DNA of 62,063 nucleotides from Chitinophaga pinensis (lineage in GTDB: Bacteria; Bacteroidota; Bacteroidia; AKYH767-A; OLB10): NCBI GenBank assembly GCA_943332105.1, contig CALQOD010000003.1, positions 1 to 62,063 of the forward strand, written 5' to 3'. The notes beneath the pieces are model-generated. The model was not told where the DNA came from. It saw only the letters and a program-made list of their open reading frames with translations, and searched no databases. The position numbers and the translations under genes were made by a program. Each line of letters starts with the position of its first letter. Within the stretch, counting starts at the first letter, position 1. Below, piece after piece: positions 58,516 to 62,063 of this stretch.

Positions 58516-60597
58516 TTATTGGTTGCTGAGCATAGCACGATAACGAGCTGCCTCTGCAGAATTGCCTTGCGCTTGATAAGTATCGACTAATACTCCAATA
58601 CTTTTGCGTGCCTTCGGATTTAACGCAAGTGCTTTACTAGCGTATTCGATTGCCTGATTATAGTTTTTATTTACGAAGCTCATCGCAGCAATATTTTCGA
58701 CAATCATCATATTGTTTGATTCAATCTGATAACCCATTTTCAAATAGTATAAACACGAATCGACTTCGTTTTTACCTGCGTGTAATGATGCACAGTTGTT
58801 AATTGCCATTACATTTTCTGGTCCGAAGAAAATACTTTTTCGATATTCATCAATCGCCAAATTTACATTCCCAACACTCGATGCTTGCAGTCCTTTGTTG
58901 TAAAATAAATTCGAAATATTTTGTAATAACGATTTTTCCTTCGGAGTAATTTTTAACGCCATCTGATAATAGTAAAATGCGCTATCATGATTTCGTTGTC
59001 CTTCGTAAAGCACCGCAAGGTTATTCATCGAATTCGTATAAACATTGTTTAGCGCAATCGATTTTTTGTAAGCGCTTATTGCGTTGAGTGTATCACCATT
59101 TAATGAATAACATAATCCAGTGTTGTAGAGCGTTTGAAAATTATCTGGCAATATTTCTAAGCTGCGTTCAAAATGTGATATTGCTTTTTTGATGTATTCA
59201 TTACGCTGATTCACATCTGCTGTCTTGCCAAATAAACTTAAATATTCAGAGGCTAGACTGTAATGCGTTCTTGCGCTATTCGGAGAGGCTTTTACGCTAC
59301 TTTCAAATAGCGTAATATTGTTTTTCCAGTCGCTAGAACGCGCCATCGTCATTCCTGAAAAAAGAATAACAATACCAATTATAATTTTATAGCTGTTTGA
59401 TTTTTTTAAGGCATGGTCAGTGTTTGCTTCCGATTTTGTAAACTGAATTGCATAGTTTGCAACTAAAACTGCGAATGCAAATGAAGGGACAAACAAAAAG
59501 CGTTCACCCATAGTACAACCAGTAGTAAATAATAAATTATTGGTCGGCAAAGAGGTGATTAAAAAGAAAAGAGTAAAAAATGAAATCATTGGATTTTTCT
59601 TCCATTGATAAATGCTCAAGCCAATCAAGCCAAGATAAATTATTACCGATATCCATGGCAATGCTTGCGTCCAGCTGGCAACAGGGATTTGATTGAACGA
59701 ATAGTCCCATACTAACGGCCATGGAGTAACCAATAGTTTAACATAATAAAACGATATAACTGCTTTTGTAGCCGATAATTCTCCAATTCCATTGCTTACA
59801 TTCAGAATATTAGATAGTGCTGGTACATCACGAACAATTATTCCGTTGCTGGTGCATAAATGTCGTGCGCCTAAATAGAACAATGCTGCTATTAGTAGGG
59901 GAGTAGTTAGCAGTAAATTATTTTTGATGGAGCGATCCTTCATCATTAAATTCCATAATGGAATGATTGCAAGAAAAACAATTCCGCTTTCCTTCGACAT
60001 ACAGCTTAAGATAAAGAATACTGTTCCTAATAGGATTGATTTATAATTGATGTTTTCGTTTTCTTTAAAATTCAGCAGCGTCTTCCAGGCTAAAAATCCA
60101 AATAATGCTGCCAGCAATTCATCACGACCTTTAACGCTCGAAACAACTTCGGTATGGATAGGATGGGCAGCATAGATTAGTACGATGAGGCCGGGGAATA
60201 AGGCGTTGGTGTTCGGAATTAATTTCAATAGCAGACTAAAAACGAGTTGTAGTAATACAATATAAAGCACTACATTCATTAAATGTCGCATGCTTGCATT
60301 GTTCCCGAAAAATGAATTCTCTATTGCAAATGAGCTTAACATAACAGGGCGATAGGGGAGCGTTCCGATGTCACTCTTGGTGCCACTTGTAAAAATTGAG
60401 GTGATAGACGATATTCCATTTTGCACTTTCTCATTCTTCACCACAAATAAATCATCGTCTAGTGTATAATCAAATCCAACACTGGCTCCATAAAGTACCA
60501 ACCCCAAAATAACGAGCACAATGCGTATCCATTTAATTGACGAAGCTTGTTCGTTGTTAGTGGATTTATTTTTTGAGGTGGGTTTTTGTTTTTGCAT
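58516..60597 (-). CDS. TMTC-like multi-pass GT-C protein with C-terminal TPRs (paralog 2)
   Basis: DYTLDDD, YRPVM, HPIHTEVVSSVKGRDELL, MSKE, GERFLFVPS, WKNNITLF, then about 6 TPRs. Confidence 0.82.
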   Translation of the reverse strand: MQKQKPTSKNKSTNNEQASSIKWIRIVLVILGLVLYGASVGFDYTLDDDLFVVKNEKVQNGISSITSIFTSGTKSDIGTLPYRPVMLSSFAIENSFFGNNASMRHLMNVVLYIVLLQLVFSLLLKLIPNTNALFPGLIVLIYAAHPIHTEVVSSVKGRDELLAALFGFLAWKTLLNFKENENINYKSILLGTVFFILSCMSKESGIVFLAIIPLWNLMMKDRSIKNNLLLTTPLLIAALFYLGARHLCTSNGIIVRDVPALSNILNVSNGIGELSATKAVISFYYVKLLVTPWPLVWDYSFNQIPVASWTQALPWISVIIYLGLIGLSIYQWKKNPMISFFTLFFLITSLPTNNLLFTTGCTMGERFLFVPSFAFAVLVANYAIQFTKSEANTDHALKKSNSYKIIIGIVILFSGMTMARSSDWKNNITLFESSVKASPNSARTHYSLASEYLSLFGKTADVNQRNEYIKKAISHFERSLEILPDNFQTLYNTGLCYSLNGDTLNAISAYKKSIALNNVYTNSMNNLAVLYEGQRNHDSAFYYYQMALKITPKEKSLLQNISNLFYNKGLQASSVGNVNLAIDEYRKSIFFGPENVMAINNCASLHAGKNEVDSCLYYLKMGYQIESNNMMIVENIAAMSFVNKNYNQAIEYASKALALNPKARKSIGVLVDTYQAQGNSAEAARYRAMLSNQ

Positions 60598-60638
60598 GGA
60601 AGAATCAAATTAATGTGATAAAATTAATCATAAAACAA

Positions 60639-60670
60639 AAAAGCATCCCGTGGATTTACGAGATGCTTTT
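60639..60670. terminator. Terminator after pdhC
   Basis: AAAAGCATCCCGT / ACGAGATGCTTTT. Confidence 0.7.
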
Positions 60671-60689
60671 AACAATTCATTTTTATAAA

Positions 60690-61964
60690 TTAAATATTCC
60701 CTTGCCCTAATAGCACAATCGGATTTTCTAATAATGCTTTTAATGTGTTTAAGAATTTAGATCCTACAACACCATCTACCACGCGGTGATCGCAGCTTAA
60801 TGTTACTTTCATTACATTGCCCGGTTGTACAATTCCGTTCTTCACCACCGGCACTTGCTTAATACCACCAACCGCTAAAATACAAGCATCTGGCGGATTT
60901 ATAATCGCAGTGAACTCTTCTATGTTAAACATACCTAAGTTAGAAATCGTAAACGTGTTTCCTTCCCAATCTGCAGGTTGTAATTTTTTATCCTTCGCTT
61001 TTTGTGAGAAGCCTTTTACTTCAGTAGAAATCTGTGTTAACGTTTTGCTATCTGCATAACGCACTACCGGTACTAATAAACCATCTTCTACAGCTACTGC
61101 AACACCGATATTAATATGGTTGTTATAACGGATTCTGTCATCTAACCACGATGAATTTACTGTTGGGTGCTGACGTAATGAACTAGCCACCGCCTTAACG
61201 ATAAAATCGTTGAATGATATTTTAACAGATGCCACCTGATTAACACTTTCACGAGCCGCAATCAATGCGTCCATGTCAATGTCCATAGTTAAATAAAAAT
61301 GTGGAGCTGTAAATTTACTTTCAGATAAACGACGTGCAATTGTTTTACGCATTTGCGATACCGCTACTTCTGAATAGCTTTCAGAGGTAACTGCATTCGG
61401 AGCAAAAGCAGCAGTTTGTACAAACGTACCTGGCTTAAACCACTCGATATCGCGCTTTACGATACGTCCATGGTCGCCACTGCCTTTTAACATACTTAAG
61501 TCGATGCCTTTTTCAGTTGCTAAGCGCTTTGCTAACGGTGATGCCTTAGTGCGATCGTCAGAAGAAGACGATGCCACAGGTGCAGCTACAGGCGCCGCTA
61601 CAGGAGCAGGATCTGGTTTTGGTGCTTCTACCTTTGGAGCAGGAGCAGCCTTTACTTCTTCTGCAGGTTTTGATGCAGCGGGAGATTTTGCTAATTCAGT
61701 TTCTAATAATGCTTTATAATCTTCTCCTTCTTTTCCTACAATAGCTAATATACCATCAATGGCAACAGACTTTCCTTCTTCCACACCTAAATATAAAACA
61801 GTACCGTTGTGATACGATTCGTATTCCATTGTTGCTTTATCTGTTTCTACTTCTGCAACTAATTCTCCGCTCTTTACTTTATCTCCAACTTTCTTATGCC
61901 ATTTTACTACAACACCTTCGGTCATAGTGTCACTCATCTTCGGCATTCTTACTATTTCAGCCAT
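60690..61964 (-). CDS. pdhC: Pyruvate dehydrogenase E2 dihydrolipoamide acetyltransferase
   Basis: Lipoyl domain ETDKA, E3-binding ASPLAKRLA, catalytic DHRVVDG. Confidence 0.96.
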   Translation of the reverse strand: MAEIVRMPKMSDTMTEGVVVKWHKKVGDKVKSGELVAEVETDKATMEYESYHNGTVLYLGVEEGKSVAIDGILAIVGKEGEDYKALLETELAKSPAASKPAEEVKAAPAPKVEAPKPDPAPVAAPVAAPVASSSSDDRTKASPLAKRLATEKGIDLSMLKGSGDHGRIVKRDIEWFKPGTFVQTAAFAPNAVTSESYSEVAVSQMRKTIARRLSESKFTAPHFYLTMDIDMDALIAARESVNQVASVKISFNDFIVKAVASSLRQHPTVNSSWLDDRIRYNNHINIGVAVAVEDGLLVPVVRYADSKTLTQISTEVKGFSQKAKDKKLQPADWEGNTFTISNLGMFNIEEFTAIINPPDACILAVGGIKQVPVVKNGIVQPGNVMKVTLSCDHRVVDGVVGSKFLNTLKALLENPIVLLGQGNI

Positions 61965-62063
61965 CTTGCTTTTTTATTTTCGGTAATTCGTGTACGTTAT
62001 GATTTAATTATTCAATGATGTAAGGGTAATCAGCTTGATCATATACATCTTTGTAAAGTTCTG

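Noticed and set aside
370-61719. The many short antisense or out-of-frame ORFs in the track (e.g. 370-645, 1705-2064, 20772-21230, 38841-39212, 47502-47696, 61504-61719)
   Set aside because: They lie within well-supported genes on the other strand or frame and show no recognisable motifs; treated as shadow ORFs.

Overview
AT-rich Bacteroidota chromosomal segment, judged from T9SS C-terminal sorting domains, many TAnnTTTG/TAnnTTCG -7 promoter boxes and the gene content. About 50 CDSs and one tRNA-Val(UAC). Housekeeping genes: tatA, pafA, PAP2, obgE-adk-hpt, purK-purE, folC, exbB-exbD-tonB, psuK-psuG, purL, acyl-CoA synthetase, pdhC. Accessory content: four T9SS cargo genes; a SusC/SusD-less N-glycan-type catabolic cluster (FucP/NagP-like MFS, GH20, GH2, GH92, glycosylasparaginase, CutC); two TMTC-like GT-C/TPR proteins; a tandem pair of orphan GT-C-like membrane proteins. 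The least explained signals are non-coding. (1) Next to tRNA-Val sit two degenerate copies of a tRNA T-arm/3' end whose T-loop carries an inserted ACAGC-GNA-GCTGT mini-hairpin. They bracket a single gene and resemble folded-ssDNA (attC-like) recombination sites. (2) Positions 8-233 hold a helically phased (11/9-bp) array of several different 9-mer families resembling tyrosine-integrase arm sites. No integrase, CRISPR array or rRNA was found. Product names come from motif recognition only, with no database search. Several starts were moved to downstream ATGs using signal peptides and -7 boxes.
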